Notes: a model not told the origin generated them from the sequence alone. A DNA stretch of 64,000 nt from Escherichia coli (GCF_045037415.1 NZ_CP173438.1), one strand, 5' to 3'. Counted from the stretch's first letter, positions 33,723 to 46,093 are shown. Numbers and translations are program-made.

Positions 33723-34413
33723 AATTAATCACTTACAGGTGACTTTTGCTGAGAAAACCGCAGTTTCTGCCGCCAGTTTTTCGGTTAATGCCGGAGAGAC
33801 ATTTAGTTTAATTGGCGAATCAGGCTGCGGAAAATCCACGATTTTGCGCGTAATTGCTGGATTACAGCGCGACTGGCACGGTCAGGTGTCACTGTTTGGG
33901 CACACCATCAAACCAGGAATGCGTTTTCAGGGCGATCTCCGCCGCAATGTGCAAATGGTGTTTCAGGATCCCTATGCCTCGTTGCATCCCAATCATACTC
34001 TGTGGCGAACGCTGGCTGAACCACTCAAAATTCGTGGCGAAAGAGAAATAGAAAAACGCGTCCAGACTGCACTGGAACAGGTTGGCTTGCCTTTCGACGC
34101 CGCTCGTCGCTACCCACACCAGCTTTCCGGTGGTCAACGGCAACGTGTGGTTATTGCTCGCGCCCTGTTGTTACGACCACAACTTCTTCTGCTGGATGAA
34201 CCCACCTCGGCGTTGGATATGTCGGTACAAGCGGAAATCCTTAATTTGTTGAATCAACTTAAGCTGGAACACCAAATGACATATCTGCTGGTCAGTCACG
34301 ATGCCGATGTCATCGCGCATATGTCTGATCGAGCGGCATTGATGTCCGAGGGAAAAATTCAGCGATTTTTTGATCGCGACGCCATGGAAAAGGGGGAACA
34401 TCGGATGGATTAA
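33709..34413 (+). CDS. ABC transporter ATP-binding protein (DppF/NikE-like), 234 aa
   Basis: Walker A GESGCGKST, signature LSGGQRQR, Walker B LLLDEP; overlaps the previous gene. Confidence 0.85.
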   Translation: MTIVEINHLQVTFAEKTAVSAASFSVNAGETFSLIGESGCGKSTILRVIAGLQRDWHGQVSLFGHTIKPGMRFQGDLRRNVQMVFQDPYASLHPNHTLWRTLAEPLKIRGEREIEKRVQTALEQVGLPFDAARRYPHQLSGGQRQRVVIARALLLRPQLLLLDEPTSALDMSVQAEILNLLNQLKLEHQMTYLLVSHDADVIAHMSDRAALMSEGKIQRFFDRDAMEKGEHRMD

Positions 34414-34523
34414 AAAACCTGACATTGCATTAATTCATTCTGCTTTCAGGTCTTTTTACAGTTGTTTTTTTGTCCACCCGAACACTTTATACTGTCTCTC
34501 CCCTACCAAACTTCATTATCAAA

Positions 34524-35213
34524 ATGAAAAAAATTATCACTTTGATGTTGTTTTTGACATTCTTTGCCCACGCGAACGACTCCGAGCCTGGCAGCCAGTA
34601 TTTAAAGGCAGCAGAGGCCGGAAACCGACGCGCACAATATTTTCTTGCCGACAGCTGGTTTAGCTCCGGCGATTTGAGCAAAGCCGAATATTGGGCACAG
34701 AAAGCCGCCGACAGCGGTGATGCCGATGCCTGCGCGCTGTTGGCGCAGATCAAAATCACCAATCCGGTCAGTCTGGACTATCCACAAGCAAAAGTGCTTG
34801 CCGAGAAAGCAGCGCAAGCGGGCAGTAAAGAAGGTGAAGTAACGCTGGCGCATATTCTGGTAAATACGCAAGCGGGTAAACCGGATTATCCAAAGGCGAT
34901 TTCGCTGTTAGAAAACGCCTCGGAAGATCTGGAGAACGACTCTGCCGTCGATGCCCAAATGCTGCTTGGTTTGATTTACGCCAACGGCGTGGGCATTAAG
35001 GCCGACGATGACAAAGCAACCTGGTATTTCAAACGTAGCTCTGCGATTTCCCGAACCGGTTATTCCGAATACTGGGCGGGAATGATGTTCTTAAACGGTG
35101 AAGAGGGTTTTATCGAGAAGAATAAACAAAAGGCGCTGCACTGGTTGAATCTGAGCTGTATGGAAGGATTTGATACCGGTTGTGAAGAGTTTGAAAAATT
35201 AACTAACGGTTAA
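34524..35213 (+). CDS. yjcO: YjcO, Sel1-repeat secreted protein (229 aa)
   Basis: ATG at 34524 giving MKKIITLMLFLTFFAHA signal peptide and Sel1/TPR-like repeats. Confidence 0.88.
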   Translation: MKKIITLMLFLTFFAHANDSEPGSQYLKAAEAGNRRAQYFLADSWFSSGDLSKAEYWAQKAADSGDADACALLAQIKITNPVSLDYPQAKVLAEKAAQAGSKEGEVTLAHILVNTQAGKPDYPKAISLLENASEDLENDSAVDAQMLLGLIYANGVGIKADDDKATWYFKRSSAISRTGYSEYWAGMMFLNGEEGFIEKNKQKALHWLNLSCMEGFDTGCEEFEKLTNG

Positions 35214-35215
35214 GG

Positions 35216-35660
35216 TAGGCGCAGCAAACGTCGCATCAGGCATTGATGTCGGATGCGGCGTAAACGCCTTATCCGACCTACAAAAATCACGCCAAATCAG
35301 GCTATTGCGCTGTCTGACGTAGGCCTGATAAGACACGTCAGCATCGCATCAGACATTGATGCCGGATGCGGCGTAAACGCCTTATCCGACCTACAAAAAT
35401 CACGCCAAATCAGGCTATTGCGCTGTCTGGCGTAGGCCTGATAAGACGCGGCAAGCGTCGCATCAGGCGTTGATGTCGGATGCGGCGTAAACGCCTTATC
35501 CGACCTACAAAAATCACGCCAAATCAGGCTATTGCGCTGTCTGGCGTAGGCCTGATAAGACGCGTTAAGCGTCGCATCAGGCGTTGATGTCGGATGCGGC
35601 GTAAACGCCTTATCCGACCTACAAAAATCACGCTACATCAGGCTATTACTCAGTCAGGCA
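35216..35660. repeat. BIME/REP cluster: four tandem copies of a 114-124 bp composite REP unit
   Basis: GGATGCGGCGTAAACGCCTTATCCGACCTAC recurs at 35240, 35364, 35478 and 35592, each followed by GTAGGCCTGATAAGAC...GCGTCGCATCAG. Confidence 0.9.
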
Positions 35661-35701
35661 TCCACACATTGCCGGGTGGATATCCCCCCGGCAATCTTCA
35701 A

Positions 35702-37015
35702 TTACTGATCTGCTGTTTTATCAAATTTGCCCAACATTTCACGCTCGTAGGCCAGCGCTTTTTTACGGTCAAATTTGTGTTCCCACTTGGCAATCACCAG
35801 CACCGCCAGCGCATTACCCACCACGTTCAGCGCAGTACGCGCCATATCGAGGATACGGTCAACACCGGCAATAAACGCCAGACCTTCCAGCGGAATACCT
35901 ACGCTACCCAGCGTTGCCAGCAGCACCACAAACGACACGCCCGGCACGCCAGCAATCCCTTTCGAGGTCACCATCAGCGTCAGCACCAGAATGATTTCCT
36001 GCCAGATGGACAGGTCAATGCCATACAGCTGAGCGATGAAAATAGCGGCAATACTTTGATACAGCGTCGAACCATCAAGGTTAAAAGAGTAACCGGTCGG
36101 CACCACGAAACTGGTGATCGACGCCGGTGCACCGTAGGCTTCCATCTTCTCAATAATTCGCGGCAGCACGCTTTCAGAACTGGCAGTAGAGTACGCCAGA
36201 ATCAGCTCATCTTTCAGAATACGAATCAGGATCCAGACACTTAACCCGCACAGGCGCGCCACAATTCCCAGTACGACCAGCGCGAAGAACAGAATGGCGA
36301 AATGCACCAGCAGCACCAGTTTCGCCAGTGGCCACAGAGAAGAGAAACCAAAGTTAGCCACCGTCACCGCAATCAGCGCAAACACACCCACCGGCGCATA
36401 ACGCATCACCATGTGAGTCACTTTAAACATGGTTTCAGAGATGGAGCGGAAAACGGTCACCAGCGGTTCACGATGCGTCGCGGGCAGGGATGAAAGCCCC
36501 AGACCAAACAGCACCGAGAAGAAGATGATCGGCAGCATTTCGCCTTTCGCCATCGACGCCACGATGTTCGTCGGCACCAGCGACAAAATCGTGCCCATAA
36601 TGCCGTGGGAACTGCTTTGTACCGCTTCCGTAGTGCTCTGATATTTCGAGATATCGACGGTCGCCAGCTGCGACATATCCACCCCGGCACCGGGCTGGAA
36701 GACGTTCGCCAGAGTGATCCCCAAAATGATGGCGACGGTGGTGATCACCTCGAAGTAGATAATGGTTTTCGCACCAATACGCCCGAGCTGTTTGGCATCA
36801 CCAACACCCGCGATACCCACCACCAGCGTGGAGATCACAATCGGCACAACAATCATTTTGATCAGATGGATGAAGATATCACCCGCCGGAGAGAGCAAAT
36901 TGACGACCAGCCAGTCGCGGCTGTCGCTATGGTAGTGCAGGTAGCTTCCCAGGAGAATGCCCAGCACCATAGCAAACAGAATCTGCCAGGCCAGGCTGAA
37001 TTTTATATTTTTCAT
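35702..37015 (-). CDS. gltP: GltP, glutamate/aspartate:proton symporter (437 aa)
   Basis: DAACS-family translation MKNIKFSLAWQILFAMVLGILLG... Confidence 0.93.
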   Translation of the reverse strand: MKNIKFSLAWQILFAMVLGILLGSYLHYHSDSRDWLVVNLLSPAGDIFIHLIKMIVVPIVISTLVVGIAGVGDAKQLGRIGAKTIIYFEVITTVAIILGITLANVFQPGAGVDMSQLATVDISKYQSTTEAVQSSSHGIMGTILSLVPTNIVASMAKGEMLPIIFFSVLFGLGLSSLPATHREPLVTVFRSISETMFKVTHMVMRYAPVGVFALIAVTVANFGFSSLWPLAKLVLLVHFAILFFALVVLGIVARLCGLSVWILIRILKDELILAYSTASSESVLPRIIEKMEAYGAPASITSFVVPTGYSFNLDGSTLYQSIAAIFIAQLYGIDLSIWQEIILVLTLMVTSKGIAGVPGVSFVVLLATLGSVGIPLEGLAFIAGVDRILDMARTALNVVGNALAVLVIAKWEHKFDRKKALAYEREMLGKFDKTADQ

Positions 37016-37357
37016 CAGAATAACTTCCTCAATGGAGCGCCGTTCCCCGTTCAGAAACGCGAGAACGTGACATACTGCCAGGGCATGAATTGTGTTGCGT
37101 TGGTTTGTAGATTTTTTTAACGCTTATGATCAGTATCATTTGCGCGGTATGTTGCGCAACCCTTTAACAACAGAGCTTTTCGCTGCATTAATGCATAATA
37201 ACGCGAGTTTATGGCAGGATTAATGAATAACCATTTGTTATAGAAGGATTTTTATTTGTTTAATCTGCAATAATACTGATTAGTGATTATTTTTGATTAT
37301 ATGTTCATTCGATTATTTTTTATGCAGCTCAATAACATAATCTTCATCACCAGATGA

Positions 37358-37954
37358 TTAATCTGATCTCCGCTGCAACAATTTCGCCATATTAATCGAC
37401 TCGACCAGCTGTGTCCGGTTGATCCGGGGTGAGTTGAGATCCATCACTTTTTGCCATAGTTCGATGGCTTGCGCGTAATTCGCCTGCATAAACGCATCGG
37501 AAGCCAGCAGCATCAGAGCGGTGATTTCGTTAGAGTCCAGCGCGAGGGCTTTGTCGATCATTGCGCGAGCCTGGACGGTCATATGTTGGCTGGCCTGGTA
37601 ATACAGCACCGTCGCCAGCGCCGCATACAGTTCAGCGTTCTCACCACGTAGTTGCAACGCCTGACGGTACGCCAGCAGCGAATTGCTGTAATCGTTTTGC
37701 CACAGATAATACTCGCCCAGTAACGCCCACTGTTCGCTGTTTTGTGGATTAGCACGGATTTTATCCTGCAATGCCTGAAGCTGCGCTTCCGGGGTTTGCT
37801 GGCTGGCAAACTGATGCAGCGGATCGCGCTGACGCTGATACTCCGCACGTACCGCCTGCCATTTTGGACTTAACAGATAACTGCCGACACAGAGAAATAC
37901 CATCAAAATCGTGAGTGTTGTCAGCATTTTCACCGGTATTTGGGGCTGTTTCAT
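37358..37954 (-). CDS. nrfG: NrfG, TPR-repeat heme-lyase accessory protein (198 aa)
   Basis: Start at [13 protein letters not shown] (the six-frame ORF extends 22 codons further upstream); TPR repeats. Confidence 0.88.
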   Translation of the reverse strand: MKQPQIPVKMLTTLTILMVFLCVGSYLLSPKWQAVRAEYQRQRDPLHQFASQQTPEAQLQALQDKIRANPQNSEQWALLGEYYLWQNDYSNSLLAYRQALQLRGENAELYAALATVLYYQASQHMTVQARAMIDKALALDSNEITALMLLASDAFMQANYAQAIELWQKVMDLNSPRINRTQLVESINMAKLLQRRSD

Positions 37955-38334
37955 CGCTTCGCCCTCACTCGCCAGAGGATCAGTGCCATCAGCAGTAACA
38001 ACACTACTGGCAGCGCCCACAACACCAGAGTCTGACCCGTTAACGGTGGGTTATAGCGAACAAAATCTCCGTAGCGTTCGGTCATCCAGCCAATGATTTC
38101 GACTTCACTTTTCCCCTCTTCCACCATGGTGTAAACCTGATGGCGCATACTGACTGCCACCGGCGCATTGGATTCCAGTAAGTTCTGATTCTGGCACTGC
38201 GGACAACGTAACTGGCTGGCAATATTTAACGCCTGTTCCTGTTGTTGCGGATTAGCGAATTGCCAGGTGTCTACAACCTGAGCGCGCGCAAAACAGGTAA
38301 ATAACAGCAGTAGCGTGAGAAGCCCTTTATTCAT
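37951..38334 (-). CDS. nrfF: NrfF, CcmH-like cytochrome c maturation protein (127 aa)
   Basis: Signal peptide plus CPQC thiol-redox motif (LRCPQCQNQ). Confidence 0.92.
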   Translation of the reverse strand: MNKGLLTLLLLFTCFARAQVVDTWQFANPQQQEQALNIASQLRCPQCQNQNLLESNAPVAVSMRHQVYTMVEEGKSEVEIIGWMTERYGDFVRYNPPLTGQTLVLWALPVVLLLLMALILWRVRAKR

Positions 38335-39985
38335 CGCGCTTCCTTCCCCGCCATCCGCTTAACAATGCGCCCGCAATCATCAACAATCCTCCCCCCCAGA
38401 TCCAGCGCACACCGCTTTGTACATACAAACGAAATGCGTAACGATCCGCTCCGGTTTTCTCTCCCATGACCGCATACCAGTCATGGATGCCGTTCCAGCG
38501 AATCGAGGGTTCCATCATTTGCTGACGGCGTGCTTCGTAAAAACGCCGCTCCGGCGTTAATTCACCAATGCGTTGCTGATGGTCAAACAGTGCCACTATC
38601 GCTTTTTCGCTGGTGTAATTGCCTTTGGCTTGCAGATCGAGGCGCTCAAAACGGAAGGTGTATCCTGCCAGCGTCACCTGCTGACCCGGCTGTAAATTCA
38701 GGCTGATCTCCTGACGGCTGACGCTGGAAACCACGATCCCCGCGGCAAATAACAGCACGCCCGCATGCGCCAGCAGCGTCGGAAGCCGCGCGCGTTTGCC
38801 AGAGACAAACGTCGCCAGCACAATCACCACCAGCATCAACAGAGCAAACGGTAACGTCGCGCGGTTAAAATACGGCGCGCCAACGGAGAGGCGTCCCCAG
38901 CCCAGCAGGCCGTAAATCATCGGATAAAGCGTTCCCACCAGCACGATCAGTAGCACTGCGCAAAACAGCAACAGCGTAGCGAGGATTAACATTTCCCGCG
39001 ATAACCCCGAAAAACGCACCGCCGGGCCACCGTCCCGCGCTCGCCAGCCATACAGAGCCAGAGACGCAAGGCTAATCAGTACAAACAGGCCGAACAACGG
39101 CACGGCGCGGACGTTATCCAGCGCGAACGCATGAACCGAAACCAGAATGCCAGAACGGACAATCAACGTGCCCAGCAGCGACAGCATCAGAGTAACTATC
39201 GTCAGCAACAGCGACCAGTGGCGGAAAATCCCCCGCTGGCGTGTCAGGGATAAACTGTGCAGCAGCGCTGTGGCAGAAAGCCAGGGTAGTAAAGAGGCGT
39301 TTTCCACCGGATCCCAGAACCACCAGCCGCCCCAGCCCAGTTCGCAATAGGCCCACCAGGAACCGAGGATGATCCCCGCTGTTAATGCGCTCCAGCCAGG
39401 TAGTGCCCAACGCCAGCAAATTCGGGCGCAGGTACCATCAAACTCGCCGCGCAGTAAACTCGCCAGCGCCACGCTCGCCGCCACCATCAAACCGCCGTAG
39501 CCGAGATAAAGCAGCGGTGGATGAAAGATAAGACCGGGATGTTGCAGCATCGGATTGAGATCGCGGCCTTCGATTGCTGGTGGAAATATCCGCACGAAGG
39601 GATCGGACCACAGCACCACAAACAGTAGCAGTGCGGCGAGCATGAGAGATAAAACGGCTAGCGTCAGCGGAAATAGCGGATCGGTTTGCTGCCGGTAATG
39701 CCAGGCAAACAGCGCGCTCCAGGCGGAAAGCAGCAGCACCCAAAGCAACAGCGAACCTTCATGACCGCCCCACACCGCCGCCAGTTTGAGTTCCCACGAC
39801 AGCAGGCTATAGCTATGTTGGGCGACATAAATAACCGAGAAATCGCTGATGAGAAAACAATACGTCAGTACGCCAAAGGCGAGCAGCAGGAGCGCGAACT
39901 GCGCCAGAATGCCGATGCAAGTGAGTCGCATCATGGCAGGCCAGCGCAACCGCACTCCCGCGAAGGCCGTCAACGGGATCAACAC
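38327..39985 (-). CDS. nrfE: NrfE, CcmF-like heme lyase (about 552 aa)
   Basis: CcmF-type polytopic protein; no ATG start is available, so initiation is at GTG (39985) or TTG (40009); boundary uncertain by 8 codons. Confidence 0.85.
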   Translation of the reverse strand: MLIPLTAFAGVRLRWPAMMRLTCIGILAQFALLLLAFGVLTYCFLISDFSVIYVAQHSYSLLSWELKLAAVWGGHEGSLLLWVLLLSAWSALFAWHYRQQTDPLFPLTLAVLSLMLAALLLFVVLWSDPFVRIFPPAIEGRDLNPMLQHPGLIFHPPLLYLGYGGLMVAASVALASLLRGEFDGTCARICWRWALPGWSALTAGIILGSWWAYCELGWGGWWFWDPVENASLLPWLSATALLHSLSLTRQRGIFRHWSLLLTIVTLMLSLLGTLIVRSGILVSVHAFALDNVRAVPLFGLFVLISLASLALYGWRARDGGPAVRFSGLSREMLILATLLLFCAVLLIVLVGTLYPMIYGLLGWGRLSVGAPYFNRATLPFALLMLVVIVLATFVSGKRARLPTLLAHAGVLLFAAGIVVSSVSRQEISLNLQPGQQVTLAGYTFRFERLDLQAKGNYTSEKAIVALFDHQQRIGELTPERRFYEARRQQMMEPSIRWNGIHDWYAVMGEKTGADRYAFRLYVQSGVRWIWGGGLLMIAGALLSGWRGRKRDE

Positions 39986-40064
39986 GTTGACCCCGAGACT
40001 TAACAACAACGCCAGAAAACCGACTTCAGGAAGGAATACGTCCAGAAACCACCTCTGTTCTGGC

Positions 40065-41021
40065 TTACGCCACCGTTAACTGCCCGGCGTAGAGAATGAA
40101 AAAGCGCAGCATCAACACGCCGACCAGGCTGGCCCCACATGCCGCCAGCACGGCAGGAATGCCGGAACTGCGATTGACCCACGGTTTGAGCAACATTGGC
40201 ACAATCAGCCCCAGCCCGGCGACACCAAGCCAGAACCACCACGTCCAGAAACCGCCGCCCAATGCCGCCACCAGCGCACGCACTTTACCGTCATCGCCCA
40301 GCGCCAGACCGACAAAAAACGCCACCAGCAGGAAGATTTCACCCCATACCACGGGGATTTCCATACGGTGTACAAAGTGCGCTTCCGTGGAATGCGGGTT
40401 ACTGCGTTGGCGTATCGCCATGGCGATCAGCGCCACCGCCGCACCGGACGAGATGCCGGAGAAGAGGAACAGCACCGGCAGGATCGGGTTATTGAGGAAC
40501 GGATACGATTTCAGCGCCGACAGCAGAAAGCCGGTATAAGCCCCCAACAACACCGCCAGCACCAGCATCAATGTTTCCAGTCCGCGATGAACGGGCGTCA
40601 GCAGGCTCAAGACCTTTTGCACGATCCCCAGCTTCGGCAACCAGCGTTGTTGCAGGGCAAGCAAATCATGTTCAAAGATTTTCGCCAGCCACAGCACCAG
40701 CACCACCATGTAAAGCTGAAACAGCATCACCCCCATCGACATCACCGAGGTAAAACTGTAGTGGAACATCAGCTTCCAGAAGGTCCACGGTCTTGTCAGG
40801 TGGAAGACGAGGATCAACAGACCGAGGATCACCGCGCCAGGCCCGACAATCAGCGTGGTGCGCAGCAACGTACTGTCTGCACCGCCTGCCTGCGGGTAGA
40901 AGCGACGTAACAGCACGGCCAGTGTCACCAGACCGGCAGAAATACCAATCAAAAACAGGTAGATGGCAATCGGCCAGTCCCACACCAGCGATTCAAAATG
41001 AAATGCGGAAGTCTGCGTCAT
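40065..41021 (-). CDS. nrfD: NrfD, membrane quinol-oxidising subunit (318 aa)
   Basis: Multi-TM NrfD/PsrC family. Confidence 0.92.
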   Translation of the reverse strand: MTQTSAFHFESLVWDWPIAIYLFLIGISAGLVTLAVLLRRFYPQAGGADSTLLRTTLIVGPGAVILGLLILVFHLTRPWTFWKLMFHYSFTSVMSMGVMLFQLYMVVLVLWLAKIFEHDLLALQQRWLPKLGIVQKVLSLLTPVHRGLETLMLVLAVLLGAYTGFLLSALKSYPFLNNPILPVLFLFSGISSGAAVALIAMAIRQRSNPHSTEAHFVHRMEIPVVWGEIFLLVAFFVGLALGDDGKVRALVAALGGGFWTWWFWLGVAGLGLIVPMLLKPWVNRSSGIPAVLAACGASLVGVLMLRFFILYAGQLTVA

Positions 41022-41690
41022 TGGCTCACCTCCCCGTATTTAAACGGTACGCGGTACAGCTTCGGTTTGGTGCCCAGCGCCAGCTTGTAGCGGTAAGTGG
41101 GCTTCTGGCGCAGCAGTTGCGAAATCTCACTGTTGGGATCGTCCAGATTGCCAAACGTCAGCGCCTTCGTCGGGCAAGCTTCAACGCACGCGGGCAGCTT
41201 ACCGGCCTGCAAATGGGTCTTACGGCAGAAATCGCATTTGTCCGCCGTCTTCGTGACCGGATGGATAAAGCGCACGCGGTACGGACAGGCGGCGATGCAG
41301 TACTGACAACCGACGCAGAGATCCGGATTAACATCGACAATCCCACTGGCAGCGTCGCGAAAAGACGCACCGGTCGGGCAGACGTCAACGCACGGCGCAT
41401 GATCGCAGTGCTGGCAAGACTTACGGAAGAAGCGATATTTCACATCAGGAAATTCGCCCTGCGGCTCGCTACGAATAATCGTCAGGCGCGAGACGCCTTC
41501 CGGCACCTTGTTCACTTTCCGACAAGCATCCATACAGGCGGTACAGCCGATGCATAACGACTCGTCATGCACCATGCCGTAACGCACCCCATTGATATTC
41601 AACGTTTTCGCCACCACGCGCCCTGCGGTGCCGCTGACGGCGGCCAGCACACCGACGCCGGTGAGAAACTGGCGACGAGAACCAGGTCAT
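41018..41690 (-). CDS. nrfC: NrfC, 4Fe-4S ferredoxin-type subunit with Tat signal; apparent +1 frameshift at codon 4 in this sequence
   Basis: Four CxxCxxCxxxCP clusters; the body frame encodes [20 protein letters not shown] but the ATG (41690-41688) is in a different frame; the span is 673 nt rather than a multiple of 3. Confidence 0.8.
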
Positions 41691-42253
41691 GGCTGCTCCT
41701 TAAGCAACGGAACAGACGCCGGGTTAAAGTTCGGATTGGTGCGCTGATCGCTGTGGCAATCGACGCAAATCTTAATCCGTCCTTTGTCACTTAACGTCTG
41801 CATCGTATCTTGCTGTGGATGCAGGGAATGGCAGCTGGCGCACGCCACTTTGGTTACGTGGACATCGTGCGGCCAGAATGCTTTTTGCAACTGTTCCGGC
41901 AGATGGCAGGACATACAGACGCTGTTCTGCTCTCCAACCTTGTACATCGGCTCGTTAAAGCGCATCACATCTTTCACCCCTTCGCGGTGTTGCGGTGATG
42001 GCTGGCCGTGACAGTTGGTGCAGGTGACCGGCAGTTTGTTATTCGGGTTGATAACGGAAGCATGTTTGCCATGCATACCTTCGGTATCTGGCTTATGACA
42101 GTCCAGACAGGCGGCATCCGGGTTACGCTGCTGGGTAACTTCGTAGCGATCACCAGATGCCTGCGCCGCAGGGGTAGCGGTAATTCCGTTCAGGCTCCAC
42201 AACAGGCCCGACGCCAGCACCCCGGCAGTTAATAACGAACGTAATACGCTCAT
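41687..42253 (-). CDS. nrfB: NrfB, pentaheme c-type cytochrome (188 aa)
   Basis: Five CxxCH motifs (CLDCH, CTNCH, CMSCH, CASCH, CVDCH); start at MSVLRS. Confidence 0.93.
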   Translation of the reverse strand: MSVLRSLLTAGVLASGLLWSLNGITATPAAQASGDRYEVTQQRNPDAACLDCHKPDTEGMHGKHASVINPNNKLPVTCTNCHGQPSPQHREGVKDVMRFNEPMYKVGEQNSVCMSCHLPEQLQKAFWPHDVHVTKVACASCHSLHPQQDTMQTLSDKGRIKICVDCHSDQRTNPNFNPASVPLLKEQP

Positions 42254-42297
42254 ATTCACTCCATTGTGTTTTCCGCCCCTTGCGAGGCGGAACGGGG

Positions 42298-43740
<1,443 letters not shown>

Positions 43741-43860
43741 TCATCCGAATTGAGCCATTGTTGCAATGGCGGTTTTTATTGTTTTTCACGACAGTAACCG
43801 CACCTACACTGTCATGACATTGCTCGCCCCTATGTGTAACAAATAACCACACTATGAATG

Positions 43861-43874
43861 TTGTCTTTAATCAA
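43861..43874 (-). promoter_or_regulatory. Candidate FNR half-matching site of the nrfA promoter, within the divergent nrf-acs control region
   Basis: Minus-strand TTGATTAAAGACAA against the TTGAT-N4-ATCAA consensus, about 130 bp upstream of the nrfA ATG. Confidence 0.4.
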
Positions 43875-44125
43875 TTGTAAGTGCATGTAAAATACCACTT
43901 TAGAGTTAGTCGGTATCTTCCTCTTTTTCAACAACATGCATAACTGCATGTTCCTCAAAGAATTAATCAACTTTTGTTGCTGACCTTCAAAAATTACCCT
44001 GCCGTTTATTTGCACAATTCTACTTTTGCGTGATCTGTCGCCCAAATACTAAACAAAACTGCCAATACCCCTACATTTAACGCTTATGCCACATATTATT
44101 AACATCCTACAAGGAGAACAAAAGC

Positions 44126-46084
44126 ATGAGTCAAATTCACAAACACACCATTCCTGCCAACATCGCAGACCGTTGCCTGATAAACCCTCAGCAGTACGAG
44201 GCGATGTATCAACAATCTATTGACGCACCAGATACCTTCTGGGGCGAACAGGGAAAAATTCTCGACTGGATCACACCGTACCAGAAGGTGAAAAACACCT
44301 CCTTTGCCCCCGGTAATGTGTCCATTAAATGGTACGAGGACGGCACGCTGAATCTGGCGGCAAACTGCCTTGACCGCCATCTGCAAGAAAACGGCGATCG
44401 TACCGCCATCATCTGGGAAGGCGACGACGCCAGCCAGAGCAAACATATTAGCTATAAAGAGCTGCACCGCGACGTCTGCCGCTTCGCCAATACCCTGCTC
44501 GAACTGGGCATTAAAAAAGGTGACGTAGTTGCGATTTATATGCCGATGGTACCGGAAGCCGCGGTCGCGATGCTGGCCTGCGCCCGCATTGGCGCGGTAC
44601 ATTCGGTGATTTTCGGCGGCTTCTCGCCGGAAGCCGTTGCCGGACGCATTATCGACTCCAGTTCACGACTGGTGATCACTTCCGACGAAGGTGTGCGTGC
44701 CGGGCGTAGTATTCCGCTGAAGAAAAACGTTGATGACGCGCTGAAAAACCCGAACGTCACCAGCGTAGAGCATGTGGTGGTACTGAAGCGTACTGGCGGA
44801 AAAATTGACTGGCAGGAAGGGCGCGACCTGTGGTGGCACGACCTGGTTGAGCAAGCCAGCGATCAGCACCAGGCGGAAGAGATGAACGCCGAAGATCCGC
44901 TGTTTATTCTCTATACCTCCGGTTCTACCGGTAAGCCAAAAGGCGTGCTGCACACTACCGGCGGTTATCTGGTGTACGCGGCGCTGACCTTTAAATATGT
45001 CTTTGATTATCATCCGGGCGACATCTACTGGTGCACCGCCGATGTGGGCTGGGTTACCGGACACAGTTATTTGCTGTATGGCCCGCTGGCCTGCGGCGCG
45101 ACCACGCTGATGTTTGAAGGCGTACCGAACTGGCCGACGCCTGCCCGTATGGCGCAGGTGGTGGACAAGCATCAGGTCAATATTCTCTATACCGCGCCCA
45201 CGGCGATTCGCGCGCTGATGGCGGAAGGCGATAAAGCGATCGAAGGCACCGACCGTTCGTCGCTGCGCATTCTCGGTTCCGTGGGCGAGCCAATTAACCC
45301 GGAAGCGTGGGAGTGGTACTGGAAGAAGATCGGCAACGAGAAATGCCCGGTGGTCGACACCTGGTGGCAGACCGAAACTGGCGGTTTCATGATCACACCA
45401 CTGCCTGGCGCTACCGAGCTGAAAGCCGGTTCGGCAACACGTCCGTTCTTCGGCGTGCAACCGGCGCTGGTCGATAACGAAGGTAACCCGCTGAAGGGGG
45501 CCACCGAAGGCAGTCTGGTGATCACCGACTCCTGGCCGGGTCAGGCGCGTACGCTGTTTGGCGATCACGAACGTTTTGAGCAGACCTACTTCTCCACCTT
45601 CAAAAATATGTATTTCAGCGGCGACGGCGCGCGTCGTGATGAAGATGGCTATTACTGGATCACCGGGCGCGTGGACGACGTGCTGAACGTCTCCGGTCAC
45701 CGCCTGGGGACGGCAGAGATTGAGTCGGCGCTGGTGGCGCATCCGAAAATTGCCGAAGCCGCTGTGGTCGGTATTCCGCACAATATTAAAGGTCAGGCGA
45801 TCTACGCCTACGTCACGCTTAATCACGGGGAGGAACCGTCACCAGAACTGTACGCAGAAGTCCGCAACTGGGTGCGTAAAGAGATTGGCCCGCTGGCGAC
45901 GCCAGACGTGCTGCACTGGACCGACTCCCTGCCTAAAACCCGCTCCGGCAAAATTATGCGCCGTATTCTGCGCAAAATTGCGGCGGGCGATACCAGCAAC
46001 CTGGGCGATACCTCGACGCTTGCCGATCCTGGCGTAGTCGAGAAGCTGCTTGAAGAGAAGCAGGCCATCGCGATGCCATCGTAA
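44126..46084 (+). CDS. acs: Acs, acetyl-CoA synthetase (652 aa)
   Basis: AMP-forming ligase motifs ([11 protein letters not shown]); divergent from nrfA. Confidence 0.96.
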   Translation: MSQIHKHTIPANIADRCLINPQQYEAMYQQSIDAPDTFWGEQGKILDWITPYQKVKNTSFAPGNVSIKWYEDGTLNLAANCLDRHLQENGDRTAIIWEGDDASQSKHISYKELHRDVCRFANTLLELGIKKGDVVAIYMPMVPEAAVAMLACARIGAVHSVIFGGFSPEAVAGRIIDSSSRLVITSDEGVRAGRSIPLKKNVDDALKNPNVTSVEHVVVLKRTGGKIDWQEGRDLWWHDLVEQASDQHQAEEMNAEDPLFILYTSGSTGKPKGVLHTTGGYLVYAALTFKYVFDYHPGDIYWCTADVGWVTGHSYLLYGPLACGATTLMFEGVPNWPTPARMAQVVDKHQVNILYTAPTAIRALMAEGDKAIEGTDRSSLRILGSVGEPINPEAWEWYWKKIGNEKCPVVDTWWQTETGGFMITPLPGATELKAGSATRPFFGVQPALVDNEGNPLKGATEGSLVITDSWPGQARTLFGDHERFEQTYFSTFKNMYFSGDGARRDEDGYYWITGRVDDVLNVSGHRLGTAEIESALVAHPKIAEAAVVGIPHNIKGQAIYAYVTLNHGEEPSPELYAEVRNWVRKEIGPLATPDVLHWTDSLPKTRSGKIMRRILRKIAAGDTSNLGDTSTLADPGVVEKLLEEKQAIAMPS

Positions 46085-46093
46085 CCCACAATT

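Noticed and set aside
35253-36244. Six-frame ORFs beginning [10 protein letters not shown]... at 35253-35435 and 35594-36244 (and a similar one at 8269)
   Set aside because: They start inside REP palindromes (the peptide is a translation of GCGGCGTAAACGCCTTATCCGACCTAC), and the longer one runs antisense through gltP; this is a REP translation artefact.
41018-41650. Shorter 210-aa nrfC model starting at an internal GTG
   Set aside because: It would remove the twin-arginine signal that is still encoded in-frame just upstream; the gene is better described as full-length nrfC with a 1-nt indel.
44663-45826. 387-aa antisense ORF opposite acs
   Set aside because: It is antisense to acs, whose reading frame carries the AMP-ligase motifs, and has an R/G-rich shadow composition.
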